DNA from: Conidiobolus incongruus B7586
Taxonomy: Eukaryota
DNA: 48,889 nucleotides
Assembly: GCA_000697335.1 (NCBI GenBank)
Contig: JNEM01008412.1
Coordinates: forward strand, 1-48,889
Direction: 5' to 3'
Below are positions 1 to 12,552 of the stretch, in pieces. The stretch's first letter is position 1; each line of letters starts with the position of its first letter. The position numbers were made by a program, and so were the translations under genes. Below the pieces are notes generated by a model. It saw nothing but the letters and a program-made list of their open reading frames with translations, was not told the origin of the DNA and did no database searches.

Positions 1-2459
1 CATACTGGTCATCCTTGTGCAGATCCTTCTTACTTTGTACCTAATAAGTATCCTAAGAATATGCCTGATGTTTTCAAGTTGAAACCAAGTGGATTGACTG
101 AAAATCAGATTCGTGTATATGAAGATTTGTATCTTATTACTCGTGCTTCTCAATCCGCTGCTTATGAAATTGATGCCCAACATGCCTATCAGTCAGCCAA
201 TTTAGATCCCAACCATAATCACTCTCAACTCATCATGGAGCAATTGAACAATATTTTGAACGAGTTAGATCGTGTTGTTTTAAATGCCACCGACGAATCT
301 ACCTTCCATGAAGATTTTCGCTTCCTCCATGGCCAAATTAACCATCTCATGGATCAATGCTATAATATTGATGAAGCTGCATTTGCTTTCACCCAAAAAC
401 TCGTTCACAGATTATACAAACATGAATCTGCTCTTGCTAGAGAGGTATATGTTGTTATTTTAGCTAACGTTTGCGAAGCTTCTCCCAAAGCTAAATATGA
501 AGTTTGCCAATGGTTAACCTACGCTGATGATGAGCGCAAGCACGTAGTTCCAATCACTATTGCACTTATTAGAATTGGTCTGATTCATTTGCCTGATCTT
601 GACGTTCAACTTGCTAAAATGATTGAATCTGGACGTTCCTCAGTATTGGACTATGTTGTAAATTTGATTCGTAAGTACATCGCTGAGAAGCCTAAAGGAT
701 CCAGAAGTTCTGATTGGACTCATTGTTTACAAATACTTGGCAAGTTGCCTCAACTTAAACAACCTAATGAAGAGTTAATCAACTTCTGGAACGAAGTGCA
801 GCACTTCCAATCCACTGTCAAAGAAAACTCTACCGAATTGCTCTTCCAAGAACTCCAAAATCTCTTCAACGATTGGGTATGTATTGTCAAGTTAACTCCT
901 TTCAATGAGCAGAACCTTGCCGACTACATTCAATCTTTGATTCAGAAGCGAATTTTTGCTAATGAAGAAACACAAGCCTTGTTTGCTAGGATCTGTATCG
1001 AGTCTTGTATCGACGAATTCCAAACTTACTCCTTGGACTCCAACTCTTATCCAACAGTTGCCTACCTTAAATTGGATGCATTTGCCAAATTGGTTGTATT
1101 ATTAGTTAAATATTATCAAGACCCCAATTCTAAAGATTTAAATTTGGATAAGGTGAAACTTTTTACCAGAACTTTATCGGTTATTTCTTTGATTCTGGTT
1201 CATTATCATCAAAAATCTGGAACTAGATTCAATCAAAAGCCTGTGTTCAGAATTTTTTCATCTATTTTATACGGTTTGCATGTTCAAGAGGAAAATATTC
1301 GTCCACTTTACTTCCAGCTTTTGGTTAGTGTTGCAAATACACTTAACACTCTTGTACCAAGCTTTTTACCTGGCTTCTCATTCTCATGGCTTGCTCTCAT
1401 TTCGCACAGATTCTTCATGCCTAAGTTGCTGCATTTCCCTGACCAAAAAGGATGGCCATTCATGCAAAAGTTATTCTGCTCCATGTTCAAATATCTTGAG
1501 CACGTAATGCCTTCTTTGCTCACTGCATCTGGAGATACTATGTATAAGGGTATTCTTAAAATTACCTTACTTACATATCAAGATTTCCCTGAATTCTTAT
1601 GCGCTTATCATATGGACTTCATGAATGTTATCCCTCCCAAATTCCTACAAATTAGCAACTTGATCTTGGGATCTTTCCCTAAGGATGTCAATATTGTTCT
1701 CCCTAACGATCCTTCCTTCAAGTCTGATTCTCCTGAACAATCTAAGGCACCCCTTATCCTTTCCGACTATGAGACTCCACTCAAGAACAACAACATCTTG
1801 CAAGATTTAGATCAATACTTGAAGACACGTGAGCCCATCTCATTCTTGTTGAATTTAAGAAACTATCTTTATTCACAAAACAGCAAAGCCGAATCTTCCT
1901 ATGATGTTGAAGTAATCAATTCTTTAGTATTTTACACTGGTCTTCAAGGTATCGAAAATAACCAGAGATCTGATGTTTCATATTTGAATAACAGTACTTC
2001 AATGGATATTTTCCAACAATTATTCATTGATTTGGATGCTGAAGGTAAGATTTTCAACATATAGCTTTTTAATACCGATTATTCATTCTTTCTTGTGTAG
2101 GTCGTTTCCACTTTTTAAATGCGATTGTCAATCAACTCCGTTACCCTAACTCTCATACTCATTACTTCAGCTCCGTTTTACTTCATCTTTTTGAAGAGGC
2201 TAATGATGAATATAGCAGAGAACAAATTATCAGGTAAAATATTAAGTTGATTAATTAATTCGAATGAATATTAATTAAGTATTGTAGAGTTTTAATTGAT
2301 CGTTTAATGGTCAACAATCCTCATCCATGGGGTATTTATTGTACTTTTACTGAGCTCTGCACCAATCCCAAGTACAACTTTTCACCTACTGACTACATTC
2401 AAGATAATCCCGAATTACAAAATATTATTGTTACCATGTGTAAAAATGTACAAATTTAA
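1..2459 (+). CDS. NOT1: CCR4-NOT complex scaffold subunit NOT1/CDC39, C-terminal part (5'-truncated by window edge); exons <1-2044, 2101-2233, 2288-2459
   Basis: The frame is open from base 1. NOT1 C-terminal motifs: [43 protein letters not shown], and after GT-AG introns 2045-2100 and 2234-2287, [24 protein letters not shown] and [23 protein letters not shown] at 2457-2459. Confidence 0.95.
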
Positions 2460-3287
2460 TGTAGTTTAATTACATTAACATATCATTTGCAGCATTTCAT
2501 TGCAATTTAATTGTTTATATCATCACATCCATTCCTTGTATCATTTAAAATTTGCTGTTATTAAAATATTTAATTAAAATTTTCTGTTAATATATATATT
2601 TTTGTTTATTATTTTTATTTTACTTGATATTAATTTTTTTAACTGTGATTTTTAATCATTAAATATTGATATTCAATAGGTAAATCTAATTTGATTTAAT
2701 TTAAGAGCAATAATATGTTATAAGCATATATATGATTCAAGTATATATACCAAATATTGATATAAACAACAATTAACTATTTTCACAGTATAGATCTAGT
2801 TTTGAAAATAAAATTATTAGTTCAATTTTAAATTATTTAAGATCAAATATCAATTTTAATAGATTTTTTTTGTCATTTTATTTTTCTATAATATAATATG
2901 ATCTGATGTTGTATTTTGAAATTATCCATCCGTCTCAATTCGATACTTAATTCCACACTACCCTTCATTTATAGATTTATAGTGACTTTATTAGTCCATA
3001 ATCAAATAATGTTCTTTAGTTCCTCTTATTAGAATTTATCCAAATCCTATGTACTCCACTGAACGAATTATTTAAACCCAGAAGTGATATGGATGGAAAG
3101 AAGGTATTTTTTGAATATTCTGCTACAACATCTCAACAGTAAGTCAGCTTTAAGACACACAGGATTAATGAATAATTCACTAAATGATATTACGCGTACT
3201 TTTCTAATAATCATTTTTATTAAAAAATTTATTATAAAACATAACACTAACAATAAGTCTGAATTTTTTTTCAATACAGTGTACCAA

Positions 3288-3313
3288 ATATATATATATA
3301 TATATATATATAT
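3288..3313. repeat. (TA)n microsatellite
   Basis: Uninterrupted TA dinucleotide run. Confidence 0.85.
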
Positions 3314-6300
3314 TTAATATTTTTATTTAAATTTTTTTGTTAATTATTAAAATAAAGAATTTGATATAATATTTATTAATTATATTGTTTTTTTATTATT
3401 TTTAATTTTTATTTAATATTAAAAATTTTTAAATTAAATTTTAAAAAATATATATATAGTAAATAATTTATTAATATGTATTTAAAAAATATATATAATT
3501 AAAAGATTAGGGTATATATTTATATTGATTTATGAAAATTATATTTTTTTTATTTGGTTTTAGTAAATCTATTTATTAAATTGTTATTGGTATAAGCATC
3601 TTTATCAATTAAGACTAAGTTATATTAATTATTGTATTTTAACAAATTAATTTGATAATTATTAGGATATATTAAGTTTTTTATTAATTTAAATTTAAAT
3701 TCAATTAATATTAATATAATAATAATAATAAAAATAATTTAAAAATATTTTTATTATCAAATTATTTATTAAAATTCAAATAATTGAATAATATATAGGG
3801 TAACAAAGAAAAACATTAAATTAATAAGAATAAAATATAATAATTAGAAAAAGTGACTTATAATTAATATCAATATTAGTATTTTACTTAATTTATTGAA
3901 ATTGTAATAATTAATTAAAATTTTATGTAAAGTATTAATAAAATAATAGTGTGAATAATATGAGGTATTGTAATCAATATTAACTAAAATATATGATTAT
4001 ATTATGATTTTCTTTGGTTGATTATTGATTAAATAATAATATATTTGAAGATTAACTTTGCAAATTTTGGATTTTTTTGTTAATAATTCAAAGTTATTTC
4101 AATATTGTCACAATTAAAATAGTATTGTAAATTTTTCTATATTAGTCCAAAACTCTTTGTAACCCATTCCTCAATATTTTTAATCTCAAATCAAATTAAA
4201 TTAATTTATCCAATTTTCGAGTATTTTATCGTAAAGATACAGTTCTTTATGATCTTAACCATCTTCGTTAATTTTGCTTCAATTACTCAACCCACAATCT
4301 GAACTATACCAATCATTGTTAATTTCAATCCTAATTCTTCTCAATTTTATTTACACTAGCTCATGTTTAATTAAAAACAAATTGATTGAAAGTATTGCAA
4401 CAGAATTCTCAATTAATATGTAAGATAATTACCTCATCTCTCTTAGTATGACTTTTCAATGTAACATTGAGTTGAATTAACATGCATTCTTAAGCTAAAA
4501 GTATGCTAATACCTGATGATAAAATAATGAATATAATAATAATTATTCAAAATTAAATTAATAATTCAATTTTTAAAATAATTTTAATAATATTAATTAT
4601 ATATAAAAAAATTATCCAGATTAATATAGAAATAAATTTTATTATAATAATATAAATTGAAATTTAATACTTTTTCAATTTTACTTTAAAGAAATAAAGA
4701 AATCCTAAATTAATTGTAATTAAATTGGATATTCATTTTTAACAATAAACAGGATATCGGAAAAAATAGGAAGTAATAATTCAGCAATCTATCGATTAAA
4801 GTCTAAATGCATGCTGGATTAATTCCAGTCATATAGGAATTTTTAGGATCCAAAGCTCACTTATATTATCCCTTGATTAACACAGTTATTATTTTAGAAA
4901 TTACGATGTAGTTGTTTTTTGTATTCAAATCCAATCATTTCCAACATACTGAATCATCATCAATCTCAATTTCTAAATCCATATTTATCAAAGTTATATT
5001 ACCTTAATCCGAATCTAAAGAAACATTTCAATGATATTTGAATTGAATACCTTACAATCTGAGACTTTGGATATTCTGTTAGTTTTAAAATTATTATTTA
5101 TGTTGAATCATACCACAGTTTAATGTTTTCTTATCCATTTTTCAAAATCTAATCCTTTGTATTTAGTAACCATATCCGTCTTAATTGATTATCAGTATTA
5201 ATGTTTTTTTATAATTTTGAAGATATAAAAATAGCTGCTTTTGATTTTGATCCATATAAAGCTCAGAATTTCCAATTGAGGGAAATTGATCAGTTAAATG
5301 ATAAGTGAATAAACCTTTACAAAATTGATCACGGATTTTTGTCCCTGTTCCTCTACAATTTTATTAGTTTATGGTAATTTGAGTTACTTTTTGGGGTATA
5401 ATTAACCATTTTTCAAAAGTCATAATCTTTTCAATACTTACCAAAATTGTTAAATTAATATCAAAATTATTAATGGGATTTGTAAAATTAGTTTCTTTAA
5501 AGAATAGGGATTTTAACAAAAATAGAATTTGGATTTTTGCGAATGAATAAATAATTAAAACAAATAATATAAAAAAATTATTTTTTAAAATCAGATCGAA
5601 ATTTGCATTAAAATTGAGGTGAATATAAGCATTAAAAAATTTTTATTTTATTGATTTTTTCTTAAAAAAATAAAATGAAATATTAATTATAAATTACCCA
5701 ATTTATCTATTTGAATTCCCCTATTATTAAGAAAAATTAATGTTAATTTCCTTTAAAAATCAATTCGAATTTTTATCAAAATCCCAAAATTAGTTATTTA
5801 AATTAATTAATTAAGAAATTAATTAATCTTGACAATTCAAATATCAATTATGACTTTAAAAGGTTAAAGATGAGCTAAAGATCTTCCAATAATTAAGAGT
5901 TATTGAATGATGCAATTTACCACTCGTAATTTTACCAATGACATTATACATTCAAAATCAAATTTCAATCACCAACAATATAATCCACTTTAAAGACTTA
6001 AAAGTGAGCATGGATTCAAATTATTTAATATTTCACCCTAATCAAGTTTACTTCAATTATTGTAAAACTTAATATCCTCTATAATTCATTTATTTTGACT
6101 CATTTTCACTTTGATTTAAAAAACTTATCCTATTGTCATAGTATTCAAACCGTGTTTATTAAAAGAAGCTTCTAAGTTGATGTAAGTGCTAGTGATTGTG
6201 TTTTATTGATAGTTACTCTATTTAATTTCGATGCTTCTAATTTAAATGATTCATTATTCAATTATGACGATTTTAATAAAAACTAATTAACTATCAATCT

Positions 6301-7895
6301 AAAATAAATGAAATTTGACCTAATTGTTCGTTCATCACTCAAATTTGCATAATATTATTGTTTATTATTACTAATACTTCAATTTTCAATAATTTATTTA
6401 TTACAACCTCTATTACCTAATCCTTTATTCTTCAATTTTCACTACTTTAATATTGATTTCTCATTCAAAAGTTGTTAAAGTTACGTTTTTTTCAAGTAAA
6501 TAATGAATGAATATCAATTAATACTAATTAATAGTTGTTATCAAGGCATACAGTTAATTTAAAGATGTCTAATCAATTTGAAGAGTGATTTACTTTATAC
6601 ATAAACTTTTATTTTGAAAGAGAATTAGTGAAATCACTTATAATTTTCTCTTAATATGATTAATTTGGTAAGATTATTTTTTTAATTTTTATTCTTTAAT
6701 CTATTTTAAATTTTTTTTTATTTAATTGAGCCAATGAAATTCAATTTGATACCCATTTAAATGAAATATTTTGTTTGATATAGATTTATCTCATATTTTT
6801 ATTATGTTTTATTCCACTGTATTTTGAAGTTTGTTGCGTTGATTGAAGTGGTTAGATTAAATTTATAATCGACTTAAATTAGTGGGAACTTACCATGAAA
6901 AATAACTTGAATTAATCGTGATTTTAACTATGGACTTTATGATTTCTCTGTATTCTGGTCATTTGAATAAATTACTAAAATTAGAATATTTTTAAATTCC
7001 CACCTAATAGTAATATTATTAAAGTAATATAATGATCATAAGGCATTGTTTGCAAAAGCCAATGCTATTTATTCTGTTATACTTTCCACGTCGTTGTCAA
7101 AGCTTCAATCACTAAGTAGCATGGTTGAATTCGAACTGCATAGTCAACAAACTTCGAAATCAATTTAAATTCAAAGATTGGCTAAATGATTGACTTTGAA
7201 ACTTTTAATTAAATATTTACCTTGGTAGCATTAGTATTGGCACTAAATTCACCAATTCGGCATGTGTTCAATAAATCAAATTATATGGATACTAATTAAT
7301 ATAATTATTTCACCTATCATGTTTCAATGATGGCTATCTGTAATTATGTTGTCTTGAATCCATTTTAATTAAATAGTCCTTCTAATATGGTTTTATGAGG
7401 ATTTTGAATAGGTGATATGAATGCTAGGTAACATTACACTGATACATATTCACGAACGAGTGTGATAGTATAACCTTCTATTAACTTACCACGATATCTC
7501 AAAGTAATCATGTTCACAATACTATTGTCGAAAATAAATTTTGTAACTTATAATTAATAGTGCAATTTTGTTTCACTTGTTACCATCTTGATTTAATTTT
7601 TCGGATTTTGATAAAATTAAGTGGATAGAGATAATTTCAATCTAATTCAAAAGTAATTACAAGTTTGAAACCTAGGCAATATAAGTAGGTAAACTTGAAT
7701 ACCTTTATATTAAACAGGAAAAAAGTTGAAGGGTTTAGGCCGTAAAATTCAAATTATCAAATCAAAAATGTGTTACAAATTGATTTCGAATTAATTAAAA
7801 TGCTCACTTCAATTAATTTCTCCTAATAAAAGCAGTAATTTGGGTCTGACTGGGGTAGCTGATGAAAGCCTGGGACTTGCACTATAATGGCCTCA

Positions 7896-8104
7896 TTTCG
7901 CGCTTCTATCCAATAACATTTACATTCAAAATCAATCTACCTCCGTAATAAACCCTTAAATACCATTGTGAATTGCATTTATTAACTGAACCAATCATTA
8001 TGGAAGTAAACAGTGATCATAAGGTTGAAAAGCGTGTGGTAAAATCAATTAAACCTTATGGATATCAAATATGCATTTAAAATCGAAAATTTGGAGTATA
8101 AATA
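7896..8104 (+). promoter_or_regulatory. Putative core promoter of the APSES gene: SCB-like TTTCGCG (7896-7902), CCAAT (7991-7995), TATAAATA (8097-8104)
   Basis: Motifs read directly 110-320 nt upstream of ATG 8213. Function is inferred from resemblance to yeast consensus elements. Confidence 0.4.
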
Positions 8105-8212
8105 CCCTCTCTGATTTCCTTCTCACGTCATTCAAATTTTTATTTCTTTATCTTTCTTTTATATTATATTATATTATATTATATTATATTTATATATACA
8201 TACATATCTACT

Positions 8213-9226
8213 ATGGTTACATCTATGTCCCCATATCCATCTTCTACTTCCGCACTTCGCCCTAACTATCCTGAGCGCGCTGTCATACCTAACGTCAGCG
8301 TTACTACCGCTCAATACTCCACAAGCGTCAATCCACATGGCTATCTTAGAACTTTAGAGTATAAGATATCCTGTCCCAACACACCCGATTTTGTGGTGAG
8401 ATGGGATTGTGAAGGTGGACACGTTTTTTGGACCGGCATATGGAAAGCTTTGGGAAGAGGTAATGAAGAAGTGACTAAGATCCTTCACCATTACCCTCAA
8501 CTCAATGACTATATCTGGAGACTTCGCGGTGGTGATATCAATATCCAGGGTACCTGGATTGCATACGAATACGCTTATCAATTAGCTGTTCGTACCTGCT
8601 ATCCTATCCGTCACCATTTAACAATTCTGTTTGGTGAAGACTTTGTCCATGCCGCTCTCCCTCCTTCACATCCTCAATTCTTATCCTCTAAAAGCAAGGG
8701 AAGTAGGATGAAAAATTTCCTACCACCCGCTTTGGAGTCACATGCTATTGCTGTTACAACACTTCCTTCTCAAATTCCTCTTAAGAAAGAGTATCAAAAC
8801 TCAGATATAACAATCAAAAAAGATTATCAAAAGAAAAAACCTAGATCCAATTTTTCAATGGAATCTAGTTCATATCCTTCCCGCCATCACGGTTACCATC
8901 CTTATCAATACTCTCCTTCCACACAAATGCGCAGGGCGTCTACATTTTCTCTACCCGGAATCGAGAGCTTGCTCAACGGAACATCCTTGGACGAACAACC
9001 TACCCTTACTCCTCTCTCCCCTCCTTCCTCTGTCAGACCCAACAGTTCTTCACCAGTTCAAATGCGCCATTCATTCTCTGCACAAGGTTCAACATCTCCT
9101 GAATTACCATATTACCGTCGATATAGCATCAAAGGACCTATTCAATATTCAGAAGGAGAAAATCTTCATAACAAAAAATATGAAGCTGGTCTAAGTCTTT
9201 TAGCATTGGCTCAAAGCACCAACTAA
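8213..9226 (+). CDS. APSES/KilA-N domain transcription factor (Xbp1-like subgroup), intronless
   Basis: VVRWDCEGGHVFWTGIWKALG...RLRGGDINIQGTWIAYEYAYQLAVRTCYPIRHHLTILFGEDF matches the APSES fold, followed by a Ser/Pro-rich disordered tail. Confidence 0.85.
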   Translation: MVTSMSPYPSSTSALRPNYPERAVIPNVSVTTAQYSTSVNPHGYLRTLEYKISCPNTPDFVVRWDCEGGHVFWTGIWKALGRGNEEVTKILHHYPQLNDYIWRLRGGDINIQGTWIAYEYAYQLAVRTCYPIRHHLTILFGEDFVHAALPPSHPQFLSSKSKGSRMKNFLPPALESHAIAVTTLPSQIPLKKEYQNSDITIKKDYQKKKPRSNFSMESSSYPSRHHGYHPYQYSPSTQMRRASTFSLPGIESLLNGTSLDEQPTLTPLSPPSSVRPNSSSPVQMRHSFSAQGSTSPELPYYRRYSIKGPIQYSEGENLHNKKYEAGLSLLALAQSTN

Positions 9227-10289
9227 AGACATTAATCCTTATGTTATTATTATTATTATTATTATTTTAATTTTATTATTAATAAAAGAACATTTGTAGA
9301 TAATATCACAAACTTCTTTACTAAATTTTCCAAGTTATAATTTTCAATTTTATTCCTTGAAAAATTCCAAGTTCAAATGGATCAAACAATTTATTTTATT
9401 ATCACCTGATTTTAATCTTATCAACTGACAATAAATATTGAATAGATAAATTTGATAGTGATATAAAAATAGCAATTTATAACTTATTTAATATCTAAAT
9501 TTTATCAAATTCAAATTACATTATTCCAAATTGAAATTACCAAATACTGTAATTAATATAATTGATCCAAACCTTAAATTACTAAATACTGTAATTAAAT
9601 TAAAATTTGGATATTGACTAAATAATGCAATATTAAGGATATTAATTAACTTTTAATAATAATAATAATTTATATGATTAATTATTTTAAACTTGCTAAT
9701 TTTTATAATATCACTTAGTTTATTATTTATTAAATATTAGAAAATTTTGTAAATTATAATATAATTTATTATATTAATTTATTTAAAATAATATATATAT
9801 ATTTGTTCTTATATTTTATATTATTTTTAGTAAAATTCACAAATTACATTTATTATTATTATTATTATTATTTTAAATTATTTGTATCACTTAAAAATCG
9901 GTGATTTAACTAAAAATTTTTTTAATAAAAATAAATAAATTAAATAATTTTTTTTTAAAAAAGTTCAAGTTACTTGTTAATTATTATTAATTTTTTTTCT
10001 TTGATTCTTTTTTATTTATTAAAAAGTAAATAATAATAATAAATATATATATTTTAAATTTAATTAATATAACAAATTACTATAACTAACTAAATAATCT
10101 TTTTCTAATCAGTTACATTAATTTCATTTTAATTCAAAAACCATATGATTTGATGTATGGTTTAGATATATAAAGTAATTCGTTCTAATATCTATTTTTA
10201 ATATTGGTATACCATAAACAATTATATTAGACTGAGAGAATTGTAAAATGAATAAACTATATGTCCACTTATTTCAATCAATTTTATAG

Positions 10290-11441
10290 CTTGTGATATG
10301 TGGATAGTGTGTCATACTGATGCTTTTAGTTGTATTTGGTAATTAAACCAACTAGTTGACTCAAGGCAAGTTAGTTATTATTGTGCCGATCCCGAGATTT
10401 CCGCTGGTTCTGAACGCACCTATCAATATTTAATCAGGGCCTAAATAAACTTTCACTTGCAAATATAGTAATATAAATTAATTATTTTCTCAATGTTTTT
10501 CAGTTTGAGAACTTATGAGTTGTGTGACCTTCCTTTTAAAGAGTACTGAGATAGAATTTACAATCAAAATTGGTTGTTTTTTGCAAATGATTTCTCATAT
10601 CATTAATATTGATATTTCAAAGATGGATCCCTTCAAGATATGTGACTCGGAATCTATTTCCGCTCACTATTGCAAGCTATTTTGCTAAGACATTGGTCAC
10701 GTCTACCTCTCTTAATTCCCATTCAAAAAATTTATAAACTCCCAACATCTCGAATTCGAATATATGGGAATGGGTAGGGAATCTTGTAATATGTGTGGAA
10801 TGACATGAAATGCGTATGTAAGTGGACAAACACCAATGAGCATGAATAGCAGTCAAATTACTTGAATATACTCCAACGAAAGAAAGTTTGAGTGAATGAT
10901 GAATATTCAGTCAATTTGAATACCTTGAAATATAAAAAATGATGAAATTATCATTTAAAATGAAATAACTTGTTTCGATTATATCATATATATGGGTATA
11001 TGATTTTAAGGATAGTATCGATCAATATCAAATAAAAAGTTTAATCCGAGCTTAACAATTGATCAATCTAAATAGAAGGGTGATCAAAAGAAGTCACTTG
11101 ATATCAAGTGATCCATTATAATAAACTGAGTTAATTTGGTTAGAATGAGCAGGTGAAATGATTCGTTCGATGATCAACTACCTAAGAATAGCAACATACT
11201 ATTTGATCATGAGTCTAGAATTTATAGCTAATGCTTTGATGATATCATAGGTAGAGTTACGCTCAAGTTTAATTATCTAGCAATCTATCAGTTCCAAAAT
11301 TGCATTTCGAAAGAGTATAAACAGGATCACTTGACTAAATTGAATGATGAAAAAGATGAAATAATTTGCTACTATGATTTGATTCGTCTAGAATTTCCGA
11401 TTTATTTTCGTCAATTTAAAATTAATGGATTAAAAGAATAA
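10290..11441 (+). pseudogene. Decayed protein-coding relic, family uncertain (possibly a fungal transcription-factor middle domain)
   Basis: GC-enriched island with protein-like frames broken by many stops, e.g. MISHIINIDISKMDPFKICDSESISAHYCKLFC*DIGHVYLS*FPF. A 69-codon stop-free stretch at 11232-11438 ends EIICYYDLIRLEFPIYFRQFKINGLKE*. Confidence 0.4.
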
Positions 11442-11702
11442 GCGACTAATACCAAATACTGCTTAATTAATAGGATGTTTTCGTTAAATTTTCAAAGAGA
11501 TGATCATACAACTTTCATCAATCAGTCATATTACTTTAACCTATTTATTATTACTATCATTATTATTTTTATTTTTATCATTAATTATTTGAATTTCAGA
11601 ATATATACTAAGTTTGATGAGATAACATAGAAGTTAGTGATCGCCAATGTTGATACAATTTCAAATTTGATTGATTGCTGTGCTAATTTGGTTTGAAAAT
11701 AT

Positions 11703-12552
11703 TTAACCCAAATCCAACTCAAGCATATTATTCTGCGTCGTAGCCTCTATAGAGTTATTTCTAAATTGAGCTTTACCTTCGTATAGCGTGCCGTTCAGAA
11801 GAGGAACATTGTCTTCCACAATCTGCTCTCCAAACTTGGAGGTTGCCCTAAGTTTATAAGGACCAGGACCAGGATCCGAGAGAATAAAGTAGTTGAAATT
11901 GCTACGTGGAATATTCACCCATCCAGAATCTCCGTAGATTTCAAGTTTGACCACTGGTGTTGCAGCGTTTCGAATGCTATTTGATAAAATCAATCAGTTA
12001 ATTATCAGTCATTAATCAAATAAGATCCATTTACCCGATACCAAACCAAAATCTGGAGCTATTTGGGAAAAACTGGTATTTTATCGATCCCTTCGTTGGG
12101 CAGGTGATCATATTCCACTCAACGGGGATACTCCCTTTGAATGTATCTCCTAATTGAGTGTATGTGTTATAATCTAGCATCAACTCATTGGATTGGCAGC
12201 CGACACAAATGTCCATGACCATGACTTTCAGTCGTAGTGCATGGTTCTTATGCTTCACTTCAAGGCATTGTCCGCAAGCAGCGGAATCTCCAAACACTTT
12301 GGGTCCCAGTGAAGCAAGTCCCATTGGCAAAACAGTTTCATAATTACAATTACCTTTACCTACAATTATACAAAAATTTAATACTCCATTATATTAAATT
12401 AATATAATTTAACTACCTGGCCCAATATTCACATCATACTTAGCAGTACCAGTAATTAAATTATTAACAGTGTTGCCAATATTTTCTTTCCCATAAGACC
12501 TCTGATAACAAAAATGACGATGAATAATTAAAAACCAAAATAATATATTCAT
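11703..12552 (-). CDS. Expansin-like protein (EXLX/YoaJ type: DPBB domain + CBM63); exons 12552-12417, 12359-12035, 11976-11703
   Basis: Spliced translation: MNILFWFLII...GTAKY...GKGNCNY...FGDSAACGQCLEV...VMVMDICVGC...IPVEWNMITCP...SSRFWFGIGIRNAATPVVKLE...RSNFNYF...GPGPYKLRATSKFGEQI. Two GT-AG introns join ORF-track pieces 12031-12330 and 11703-11993. Confidence 0.88.

Noticed and set aside
1280..1523. Short overlapping or antisense ORFs inside real genes (also 8354, 18113, 18532, 18934, 19124, 20511, 23850, 23866, 27633, 33742, 35434, 35788, 36262, 36287, 43424)
   Set aside because: These are shadow frames of GC-richer coding sequence with no motifs.
7859..7905. CTGATGA as a hammerhead ribozyme core (also at ~4513, ~14757, ~41530)
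   Set aside because: None is followed by stem II plus GAAA with matching stems I and III.
10715..10782. Hairpin TTCCCATTC...GAATGGG around the TCGAATTCGA palindrome
   Set aside because: The pairing is short and interrupted, lies inside a probable coding relic, and has no ncRNA signature.
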